Shown: positions 54,268 through 62,159, numbered from the stretch's first letter. The stretch: 64,000 nucleotides of DNA from a virus (IMGVR_UViG_3300031992_000005:160001-224000), one strand, 5' to 3'. The notes: generated from the letters alone by a model not told the origin. A program made the numbers and translations.

Positions 54268-54375
54268 AAAAAAAATCCATAGCTAGGTAAGACACATTCT
54301 GTCGTTTAGTTGGCTGAGCGGGTTATGTGAATTACTAAGAATCACCGCAAGCATCTTATCTGCTATGGACTATAG
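54268..54375 (-). ncRNA. candidate structured RNA co-transcribed 3' of tRNA-Leu (8-bp closing stem plus U-tract)
   Basis: On the - strand, TCCATAGC...(78 nt)...GCTATGGA is followed by U8. An internal arm GTGATT/CTTAGTA/AATCAC mimics a TAG anticodon loop, and there is no T-loop. Confidence 0.3.
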
Positions 54376-54458
54376 TGCGCCTGACAGGACTCGAACCTGC
54401 ACGTCACCGAGACACTTGATCCTAAGTCAAGCTTGGCTACCAATTACAACACAGGCGC
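54376..54458 (-). tRNA. tRNA-Leu (TAG)
   Basis: Acceptor is GCGCCTG/CAGGCGC and the anticodon arm is CTTGA/CTTAGGA/TCAAG. It has a long variable arm, and the T-arm is GCAGG/TTCGAGT/CCTGT. Confidence 0.85.
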
Positions 54459-54513
54459 ACATAATATACATTAGTAAGGTTTTTGGACTTCCTCAGCTTC
54501 CTTTTCCTTATTT

Positions 54514-55920
54514 ATGAAAAATATTAACATTATGGTATATATATTAACTTGTGAAGAAAGACGTTATTGTTACATTGGATTTGACAATAATGAACAAACA
54601 ATAGAGCAAATCTTGGAGGTGTTTGTGAAATATAATCCAAGTATAGAAGAATATCTTGTCTTAGATGAAGCTAATGAGGAGGATGCATTATCATTGAGTC
54701 TGTTATTTAAAGACCAGGAACATTGCCCGGGTTGGTACAAGTCTGAAAAAATTCTAGAGTTCCTAGGGAAATATGATAGACTGGATCTACTTAGAAAAGA
54801 ATTACCCCATACGAAAGCTAACCTAAGTCCCCAAGATATTGATCAGGGCATGGTTAATTCAATAATGGAATTTTGTGAAGTAAATTCGCAAGAAGACTTA
54901 GTCATATCTATGGTAAATCAAGGAATAGCTACGGGAGATTCATTTAAGTTATTCCTGTCCCATGATTTTCCAGAAAAAGATCAGTTAATTTATGAGTTTT
55001 GGGAAGGTAGGAAAGGAAAGTGGAGTGCAGATGATATTATTACTTACAGTAAGATAAAAGACCTGGTAAAGGGCATAAGTAGTAAAGCTGAACTTTATAA
55101 GTACTTATGTACTATCGATCTTCCTTTCATTGGACTCTTAGAAAAAGACGGGTTATATGAAGCTAAAGTAGTAGTTACTCTTGGAAAAAGAAGAGTAAGG
55201 GGGAATCCAGATCCTGAATATGACTATGAACTTCGTCAAATAGATCAAGTGGCATTGGAAGAGGAGATAAGAAATTCTTTCAAGCTATGGTCTTGCTATA
55301 CAAATCAGGAAATAGAAAACATTTTTTGTGGAATAAAAAGGAGATTAGAAATATCACCTAAGATTCATCTTAATATTAATAAGTATTTCTCTTTTGAGAA
55401 TACTAAAGTAAGAAGACCAGGGACGAGACATTTCCAATCCGCAAAGATACTGTGTGATTGGCTTGGTGATGAACCTAATGCAGAGTCCAGTTTTAAAAAA
55501 GAGCTTTTTAAACTCTTTCCTATTGGGGATAAAATGCCAGTAACTGTGGCAAGAAATAGGTTAAACTATCTCTATAGTAAAGTACAAGGATTTACAAAAA
55601 CTGCAAAAGCAACTGACCTTAGTAGATGGTTTGTGGTTAAATATTGTTGGGTTGATAAGCTCTATAGGGGCGTAGAGATAAAAGCTAAATTGGGAGATCC
55701 TAGTCCACAAAATTTTATTGATATACTAAAACCTCTTGTCCTAGAGAAGTTTAAGTATCAAACTAAAGCAAGTACTGCATCTATAATGGTGTTCCTGGAC
55801 CAATTGTTTCAAGGTTGTGGGTATTGGAGAAAGCCAAAAATAAAGTATATAAAATATTGGTATCCAAATTCAAAGAAATGTATGGTCCTAGGAAAACCTG
55901 GATATAAATTCAATAAATAA
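54514..55920 (+). CDS. hypothetical protein (468 aa), lone + strand gene between - strand blocks
   Basis: From the ORF track. No motif recognised. Confidence 0.6.
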   Translation: MKNINIMVYILTCEERRYCYIGFDNNEQTIEQILEVFVKYNPSIEEYLVLDEANEEDALSLSLLFKDQEHCPGWYKSEKILEFLGKYDRLDLLRKELPHTKANLSPQDIDQGMVNSIMEFCEVNSQEDLVISMVNQGIATGDSFKLFLSHDFPEKDQLIYEFWEGRKGKWSADDIITYSKIKDLVKGISSKAELYKYLCTIDLPFIGLLEKDGLYEAKVVVTLGKRRVRGNPDPEYDYELRQIDQVALEEEIRNSFKLWSCYTNQEIENIFCGIKRRLEISPKIHLNINKYFSFENTKVRRPGTRHFQSAKILCDWLGDEPNAESSFKKELFKLFPIGDKMPVTVARNRLNYLYSKVQGFTKTAKATDLSRWFVVKYCWVDKLYRGVEIKAKLGDPSPQNFIDILKPLVLEKFKYQTKASTASIMVFLDQLFQGCGYWRKPKIKYIKYWYPNSKKCMVLGKPGYKFNK

Positions 55921-55963
55921 AAAAAAGTGAGCAAATCCTTTTGGGACTAGCTCACTCTCTCTT

Positions 55964-56242
55964 TCATTGGAAGGATTGAATTATTCTCTCTTTCACTTCA
56001 TCAAAAAGAGAATAAATTAATTCTATTGGTTGGTTTCTTAACCTTTCCTTTTCCCCCGTTGGTATGGTTCTGTAATAAACTATATCAGATTCTAATACCA
56101 ACTCGTGGTGTGAGTCTTCTTTCAGTGGAAAGATTTCCATCTCCCCCTTCTTCATCCACTTCCCGATAAAGTGGCATCTTGAAAACTTATTGTTACATAA
56201 AGATGCCAAATCTTTTAAGAATTGTTCCTTGTCTAGTTTCAT
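55964..56242 (-). CDS. hypothetical protein
   Basis: From the ORF track, with the promoter motif cttatatatataaggcattaataggg upstream. Confidence 0.5.
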   Translation of the reverse strand: MKLDKEQFLKDLASLCNNKFSRCHFIGKWMKKGEMEIFPLKEDSHHELVLESDIVYYRTIPTGEKERLRNQPIELIYSLFDEVKERIIQSFQ

Positions 56243-56351
56243 ATTTAATCATTTTTTTTTATTGTTAAACTTATATATATAAGGCATTAATAGGGAAGGA
56301 TAAAAAAAAGTAGACCAACCGCCGTTAGTCTACTATAATACGAATTCTTGT

Positions 56352-56861
56352 TTACTTAATGATAAGTCCGCCCTCTTCTTTCCAAACATTCCTGAAATTT
56401 TCTGTCTTCCTCAAAGACTTAATGAGCTCTTTGAACTCTCTTAGGTTACGGTTCTTAATCTTGACACTGATAGCGGTGTCACTGGACTTTCCCCAAATGT
56501 TTTCAGAGGAAAAGTATTGACGATCTTTTGGATCAGCTAGAACTTCATCAAGCTCCTTCTCACGAAAACAGCTTCCGATAGTATCAGCTACAATGTCACG
56601 TGCAGATACCTCCTTTGCCGTGTCATAACCCGAACCAAGGAGAACATCAATCAACCTCTTTTGTGCCTCCTGACTTCTAACCAAGATATAAATCTCAGAT
56701 ACTCTACCATTGAGCGAAGTCTGAAAAAGGTCATTCAAGTCTTCCGTCAGACATTCCTCTTCACAAGAATAGTTTAAGTACGGATATACCTCAATAATCC
56801 CGAACTCTTTCGCTTCATTTTCTTTTGAAGCCTCAATCTTTACATAATACTCGTCGTTCAT
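56352..56861 (-). CDS. hypothetical protein
   Basis: From the ORF track, with the promoter-like aaagtaaggcattgagggg upstream. Confidence 0.55.
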   Translation of the reverse strand: MNDEYYVKIEASKENEAKEFGIIEVYPYLNYSCEEECLTEDLNDLFQTSLNGRVSEIYILVRSQEAQKRLIDVLLGSGYDTAKEVSARDIVADTIGSCFREKELDEVLADPKDRQYFSSENIWGKSSDTAISVKIKNRNLREFKELIKSLRKTENFRNVWKEEGGLIIK

Positions 56862-56938
56862 AGAATTAAAAAAATTAAATATTATTTACAATACAAAAGT
56901 AAGGCATTGAGGGGAGAAAAAAAATACCCCTTCAGAAA

Positions 56939-57369
56939 GGGGATAATGCCTTATATATGTAATTTATATTATCTTTCATACATGTTTACTAAAGGGGATC
57001 GTCCGTGATGGATATATCCCCTCATTTTTTTGTTCAAAAAAAATAGGATCGAGATATACATATTACTATGTATAACCCTGACTGACTATTCTTTTTGAGA
57101 TTTATTATACTCTATATATATCTATTTATAAGGCATTAAGGGGAGAAAAAATACCGCCCCAGAAAGAGAAAAATGCCTTATATATAGAAACAGACGCATA
57201 ATAATTTAATTTCATAATAATAACTAGGGGATCGGTTCGTGATGAATAGATCCTTTTTTTTTCATATCCCTTTAATGCTTTATATATGATCATAAAAAAT
57301 ATTTTTTTAAGTTTGAAAATAATGATTGGAGGATCAGTCCGGGATGGATAGATCCTCTTTTTTTTTTTG
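56939..57369. repeat. four ORF-less mini-cassettes (three on +, one on -)
   Basis: + promoters are at 56939, 57170 and 57267, with family hairpins at 56993-57022, 57226-57255 and 57328-57357 plus T-runs. The - promoter is at 57110-57145, with a hairpin plus U-run at 57036-57075. Confidence 0.55.
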
Positions 57370-57403
57370 TTCAAAAAAAATCCCCCGACACGGGGATTCC
57401 TTT

Positions 57404-57655
57404 TTATACACTTACGTTGAAGCCTAGGATATATTTATAAAATAAATCAGAGATCCTTTCATATATGCTTGGCTTTCCTGTGTAAAATTTTAATACTGAT
57501 CTTCCACTCTTAGTTAGTTTCCATGTTTCACCACTTGGAGAAACTGAAACGCTAATGTAGCCAAGCCTTAGTAATTCATCTACGTCTACTAAGCTTTCAA
57601 TGTCCTTCAATAGGCCTTTAGTTGAACTTAAAGCGTCTTTTAAATTTTTATTCAT
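57404..57655 (-). CDS. hypothetical protein
   Basis: From the ORF track. Its terminator is aatccccgtgtcgggggatt plus a U-run, with the promoter-like cccctcttaatacctt upstream. Confidence 0.55.
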   Translation of the reverse strand: MNKNLKDALSSTKGLLKDIESLVDVDELLRLGYISVSVSPSGETWKLTKSGRSVLKFYTGKPSIYERISDLFYKYILGFNVSV

Positions 57656-57702
57656 AATTGTTAGGTGTTGTGTTTATATACTCTTAAGGTATTAAGAGGG
57701 AA

Positions 57703-57848
57703 GAAAAAAAAAGAGAGGGGAACCCGTTTTAGAGAGTTGACTGATCGTCTGTGCGTCTGTGGGTTCCCCGGAGTGCAGCTGAGCCCGTCCTTTCGATCAT
57801 CGGCGGGGTCCGATCTGCTGCAATTTTCTAAAATCTAATTCCTTTATG
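57703..57848 (-). ncRNA. candidate G+C-rich structured ncRNA of unknown class with own promoter and terminator
   Basis: The - strand promoter CCCCTTAAATCCTTATATATG is at 57851-57871. Stems are TGCAGC/GCTGCA, ATCGG/CCGAT and GGGGAACCC/GGGTTCCCC plus a U-run. It is strikingly GC-rich in an AT-rich context and has no ORF. Confidence 0.5.
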
Positions 57849-57850
57849 TT

Positions 57851-57871
57851 CATATATAAGGATTTAAGGGG
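57851..57871 (-). promoter_or_regulatory. phage promoter-like consensus (- strand)
   Basis: Reverse complement is CCCCTTAAATCCTTATATATG. Confidence 0.5.
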
Positions 57872-57885
57872 ATTTCAGATTCTTC

Positions 57886-58497
57886 AAAAAAAAGAGAGGA
57901 TCTATCCGTCTCGGACCAATCCTCTAAAAATTATTTAACCTAAATATGATTGTTATGAATGTTTTACATATATAAGAGTTTAAGGGGATAAAAAAAAGAG
58001 GATGACCTATCACAGGCGACCCTCTTCTTCAATAACAAAAATTTAAATCTTTAAATCTATGGATATAATATACAACATATATAAGGGTTTAAAGGGATAA
58101 AAAAAAGAGGAGATCTATCCATCTCGGACTGATCTCCACCTGACATCTGAATATACATCATACTAAAATGAGAGTATTACACGTTAATAAGGAATTAAGG
58201 GGATAAAAAAAAAGAGAATCTATCCATCTCGGACTGATCCTCTAATAAGAAACATTCTATTAATTCTTAAACTTTTACATATATAAGAATTTAAGGGGAT
58301 GAAAAAAAAAAAGAGAATCTATCCATCACGAACTGATCCTCTTCAGAGTAAAATAAACATTACACGTACATATATAAGGCATTTAAGGGGTATAAAAAAA
58401 ATGACCGACTCATCACGAGCCAGCCATTGAATAATTTTTGAACTTTTTTTACCCAAGAAAAATAAGTACTTTCATTTATAAGAATTTAAAGGGATTT
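57886..58497 (-). repeat. tandem array of six ORF-less mini-cassettes directly downstream of polA
   Basis: Period is about 100 bp. Promoter motifs are at about 57967, 58073, 58175, 58272, 58363 and 58470. Family hairpins are at 57894-57925, 57998-58027, 58107-58137, 58214-58243, 58313-58344 and 58402-58426, each with a U-run. Confidence 0.6.
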
Positions 58498-58545
58498 GAG
58501 AAAATAGACCAGCCCCACATTAAAGGCTGGCCCACAGAATTAATA

Positions 58546-58935
58546 TTATAGTCGGTGAAACCTAACGGTCACCTTTGATACATCCATCGATATAGAACAA
58601 CCATTTTCTAAGATTGTTCTGTAATATGGATCTTCAATCATCTTCTTTTCTGATACTAGCTCTTCCCTAGTCTTATCACATTCACACCTGATACTAGGGG
58701 AATTCATTAATTTGTCATAAATTAATATAAGATTACTAGCAGGACCAGAAAATTCTATCGTATTTTTGTCTATCTGCGTTAATGGACATGCAGATTCATA
58801 TCCATATCCACACAAAAGATCAAACAGTAACTTTATCTTTGGCCCAATAGTTGCACAATAATCCGTATATTTTTCATCATAATATGCCCTAATATCAAAT
58901 ATGTGATCTATTGGAATAAGATTAGTATTAGAATC
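58546..58935 (-). CDS. polA: family-A DNA polymerase, last exon
   Basis: Begins DSNTNLIPIDHIF..., and joining to ...QPIITVH restores motif C (VHD). The first 4 codons of ORF 58546..58947 are intron. Confidence 0.65.
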   Translation of the reverse strand, partial: DSNTNLIPIDHIFDIRAYYDEKYTDYCATIGPKIKLLFDLLCGYGYESACPLTQIDKNTIEFSGPASNLILIYDKLMNSPSIRCECDKTREELVSEKKMIEDPYYRTILENGCSISMDVSKVTVRFHRL

Positions 58936-59237
58936 CGTTCTCTTCACATAAATTCGCTACATTTATGCCGGGCAATGCCACAGCTAATCATCTCTGATTA
59001 GACGAGACTATATCTTCAGTAAATAATTACTGCCTACTTTTTCGAACACCCATCGCTTGTGCTCTACTCTACTCACTTCTTCAGGTTTCCCCTATGCTTT
59101 CGATAGTCGTTGAATAAGTTTATAACTTACTGCTGATTGACTCTATTCATTGGATTTTTACTTCTATTCGATAGTACCAATGACCTAACAAGTTGTTCCA
59201 GCAATTAAGTAGGTTTATAGTGCACCATAAACTAACA
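58936..59237 (-). mobile_element. group I intron, ORF-less (polA intron 5)
   Basis: P1 is GUGCAU/GUGCAC with U.G at 59238. It has the Q element AATCAGCAG, CGACTATCG ... AAGATATAGTCTCG and terminal G at 58936. It is homologous to the ends of intron 60663..62159. Confidence 0.7.
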
Positions 59238-59637
59238 ATGCACTGTAATAATAGGTTGTAATGGTTGCTTCCAACCATCTTTAATTGATGACCTAATATT
59301 ATTAAAGAATCCACTAGCCATAATTGTACTAGTTCCTCCTTGAATAGGTAAATTTACACCTAATCTTTTGATTCTGGCAATTATATTTTGCGCTTCTTTT
59401 TGATCTTTTGCTTTTGGCAAATATTCATAATACTCCCTTAACCTTAATTTGTCTCCTAACATGGTATTAATGTAACCATCATGATCTAATGGATACTGAC
59501 CCTGAGACTCCACATATTCCCTGAGCTTTGGAAAAGACTTATATAAACTCTGGATAATATTCTCAGCTTCTTCAACAGAACTATCTAGTCGAGCTGCTAA
59601 GGAATTTTTCCCTAAGCCGTACAATACACCCAAGAAT
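59238..59637 (-). CDS. polA: family-A DNA polymerase exon (fingers/motif B)
   Basis: Reads (I)FLGVLYGLGKNSLAARL... and NLPIQGGTSTIMASGF (cf. N.PIQGSAAD), ending ...IITVH. Confidence 0.8.
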
Positions 59638-59932
59638 CATTACTACTCATAATTTCTTATGAGATTAGACTATATCATTATCCGATTATTCGGATAGGTT
59701 GCACTTCGGAATAGAGAATTTCACTCTAAACCTACTCCTCGGTTAAAATTATTTTAACGTCATAGGATAGTCGTTACACTTTCTTAGACTAATCTAAGCT
59801 TAGCACGGTATTGGCATATCTTATTATTAAGACTTAGCTTTCCACCGTTAGCACTAATAAATTAGTACACCCTAGATTTCTAGGTTCACAACCTTTTCAT
59901 TAACTAATTACTTAGTTATGCCACATCTATCT
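59638..59932 (-). mobile_element. group I intron, ORF-less (polA intron 4)
   Basis: P1 is CCAU/GUGG with U.G at 59933. It has AACGACTATCCTATGACG ... AATGATATAGTCTAATC and terminal G at 59638. It is near-identical in core to nrdD intron 3. Confidence 0.7.
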
Positions 59933-60080
59933 ATGGTCTTGAATTTCTTTCTATAAGTCTTTTGTTCTTTTTTACTAAGGTTATTCCAACCTTCTTCACC
60001 TAAATATAGTTTCGAACTATATATGTATATGTCTTCTCCAGCGTTGAACTTACTTATTAGATCAGGATCCAAAGACGCGT
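59933..60080 (-). CDS. polA: family-A DNA polymerase exon
   Basis: Reads (Y)ASLDPDLISKFNAGEDIYIYSSKLYLGEEGWNNLSKKEQKTYRKKFKT(I), cf. Pol I ...S.D..L..AF..G.DIH..TA......R..AK..NFG. Confidence 0.7.
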
Positions 60081-60336
60081 CAATTTTGTTATCCTTAGAA
60101 CTTTTTATTTCTAAGTTCAATTGATTCTTAATTCTCAATTGTTCAGCATATATTTTCACCCTATTAGATAGGGTGGGGAACACTCGTGGTAGGATTATTC
60201 TATTCGTCACCTACTATGCGTTACACTACTAGGATACCTTTAATATTATCTTAGTTAGCACGGTATTGGCATCTCAGCTTTCACCGTTTTTGCTCCCTGT
60301 ACCCCGTAATATTACTATTACGGTGGGCAATTTTTT
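60081..60336 (-). mobile_element. group I-like intron, ORF-less (polA intron 3, same family as nrdD intron 2)
   Basis: P1 is GGGU/GCCC with U.G at 60337. It has GGGAGCAAAAACGGTGAAAGCTGAGATGCCAATACCGTGCTAAC. The 3' module CTTAGAAATAAAAAGTTCTAAGGATAACAAAATTG ends in G at 60081. Confidence 0.6.
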
Positions 60337-60350
60337 ACCCCGCGCTCTTA
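60337..60350 (-). CDS. polA: inferred 14-nt polA micro-exon
   Basis: TAAGAGCGCGGGGT supplies ..(I)KSAG(Y).. between two introns, which keeps the frame and motif A. Confidence 0.4.
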
Positions 60351-60647
60351 CAGATTGTTACCCTATAGGCTTTTTATCCTATAGTTCTATGGATTCATTT
60401 TATCCATAGCTCGGCATATATTTTCATCCTAGATAACTAGGATGACGGACACTCGTGGAGAGATTATATTTATTCACTCTCTATGCTCTACACTACTTAC
60501 TTAACCTTTCGCAATTTAAATAAGTTAGCACGGTATTGGCATCTCAGCTTTCACCGTTTTTGCCCGTTTATTATCACTTACATTACTATAAGTGACGGCT
60601 AAATTTTAACCTCGGCACTACTACATTGTGTTCAGGAGGCACGTTAC
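60351..60647 (-). mobile_element. group I-like intron, ORF-less (polA intron 2, same family as nrdD intron 2)
   Basis: P1 is GGAGAU/GCCUCC with U.G at 60648. It has GGGCAAAAACGGTGAAAGCTGAGATGCCAATACCGTGCTAAC. The 3' module CTATAGGATAAAAAGCCTATAGGGTAACAATCTG ends in G at 60351. Confidence 0.6.
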
Positions 60648-60662
60648 ATCTCCCGGTTCTCA
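60648..60662 (-). CDS. polA: inferred 15-nt polA micro-exon
   Basis: TGAGAACCGGGAGAT supplies (I)ENRE(I). Its Glu aligns with the conserved motif-A Glu (DYSQIELR). Confidence 0.4.
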
Positions 60663-62159
60663 CTTAGCTAAAACTAAGATGAACTCCTACATATCTCTAT
60701 GCAGATCAGACTATATCTTAATCTCATTTCTGAGATTCTTACCGTTTCCACTTAACGATTTCAAGTGTACTCCCATTACTGGGATAGTCGTTGGGGTTTA
60801 AGAATTTAATCAGTTAGTCGGGCTGATTTTCTTTTATTTTTTGAATAAGGACATTACTGTCTGTAATTACTTCAGTGAAATATCCATATTTTTCGTAAAT
60901 TTTTATTTCATTAGTGAAATATAATAATGGTATATTATTTTTCTTAGCATAATCGTACTTCAGATGATCCCTTTTTATAGCAATTTCTGAATAACGTTTA
61001 TCGTTAGGATCAAAATGTTGACACCCATGATACTCTACTAAGATATTATATTCTGGTAAATAAAAGTCAAACCTAAGATGTGATATATTCTTTAAATCTG
61101 GGTAAGTTTTCTCAGATGTAAATTCAATATTATTTCCCGTAAATAGGTCTGCCAAAAATAGTTCCCCATTAGAGTTAATGAGCGGGAATATGCTATCTTT
61201 ATCATCATCAGATAATAATAAGAACCTATAATAGCAATTACGAAATCTTCTATAAAAATCCTTCCTAGATAGGATATTATTGTCAGCAATAAATACCTTA
61301 AAATCTTCTACCGTATTAATATTAGAGTAATCTCTATTATTGTTTGGTAATAGACTTTCTTTCTCCTCTTTAGATAAGAGTCTACTAAATCTGCAATATA
61401 CTTGCTCAAATCTACGACAAAGATCTATTCTGGAGGTTATATTATTTTCTTGAATAAATGAACGAAAATCCTCATATGTATTTATATACGAATAATCTTT
61501 TAGCATACTAGGGAGAATTCTATTTTGATCTTCACTACTCAATTTAATAAACTTATTATATCCTCCTCGAAATCTTTTTTGAAAATCATAACGGCCTACA
61601 ATTTCGTATGTTTTAATGAATTTCCTAAAATCATCCTCAGTATTCAAAGTAGAGTAATCTGCCTTTTTTATAGTTCCTTTATAAGGTAAAATAGTTTCTT
61701 GCTCTTCCTTTGATAGAAAGTTTAAGAACCTAAGATAAGCCCCAGGATATTCAGTATGTAATGTTTTTCGAGAGTGAATATTATTAGTTTTAATAAACCT
61801 TTTAAAGTCGTTTGCAGTATTGAGATTAGAATAATTACCTAAGTTCGAAGGCAGTAATTTTTCTTGTTCATCATTACTTAATTTCTTGAAGCAATTATAA
61901 ACCTTTCTATACTCCTCTCTCAGCCTAGACCTCTTCTCAATACCATTATCTTTTATAAATTTTTTTATTTCCTCATAATCCATTTTTTTTTTAAATTTTA
62001 ATTTTTTTCGTTCTTCTTAAACCTGCTGATTAACTCTATTCCCTAGATTGTTACTGCCGTGACTAAATCGGCTAGTACTAGAGACCTAACAAGTCTTTCC
62101 AGCATTTAGTAAGTTTGTTTTTCATAAGGTCACCCTTATGTGACACTAGTTTCTAGTTA
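60663..62159 (-). mobile_element. group I intron with homing endonuclease gene (polA intron 1)
   Basis: P1 is GACAU/AGUGUC with U.G at 62160. It has the Q element TTAATCAGCAGG, CGACTATCC ... AAGATATAGTCTGATC and P9 CTGCATA-GAGA-TATGTAG. The terminal G is at 60663. Confidence 0.7.
60814..61983 (-). CDS. intron-encoded homing endonuclease, PD-(D/E)xK / Vsr-like (EDxHD-type) nuclease domain with 5 N-terminal tandem repeats
   Basis: It has five repeats of about 55 aa (N.x.DF+.FI..NNI.SR...). The C-terminus is ELFLADLF...LRFDFYLPEYNILVEYHGCQHF...KRDHLKYDYAKKNNIPLLYF. Confidence 0.65.
   Translation of the reverse strand: MDYEEIKKFIKDNGIEKRSRLREEYRKVYNCFKKLSNDEQEKLLPSNLGNYSNLNTANDFKRFIKTNNIHSRKTLHTEYPGAYLRFLNFLSKEEQETILPYKGTIKKADYSTLNTEDDFRKFIKTYEIVGRYDFQKRFRGGYNKFIKLSSEDQNRILPSMLKDYSYINTYEDFRSFIQENNITSRIDLCRRFEQVYCRFSRLLSKEEKESLLPNNNRDYSNINTVEDFKVFIADNNILSRKDFYRRFRNCYYRFLLLSDDDKDSIFPLINSNGELFLADLFTGNNIEFTSEKTYPDLKNISHLRFDFYLPEYNILVEYHGCQHFDPNDKRYSEIAIKRDHLKYDYAKKNNIPLLYFTNEIKIYEKYGYFTEVITDSNVLIQKIKENQPD

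Noticed and set aside
57126-57374. ORF 57126..57374 (-)
   Set aside because: It spans two promoter motifs and two family hairpin terminators of the mini-cassettes, and its composition is low-complexity.
57745-57800. Hammerhead ribozyme core in the G+C-rich RNA (CCGAUGAUCGAAAGG)
   Set aside because: Only two nucleotides separate the GAUGA and GAAA strings, so stem II cannot form. The other core positions are missing.
59908-60210. ORF 59908..60210 as an intron-encoded protein, and its AEQLRI segment as polymerase motif A (cf. SQIELRI)
   Set aside because: The N-terminal two-fifths is the 3' module of intron 60081-60336, nucleotide-level homologous to the 3' ends of introns 60351-60647 and 659-1830. 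The C-terminal 8 codons are the 5' end of intron 59638-59932. Only 59933-60080 is polA exon.
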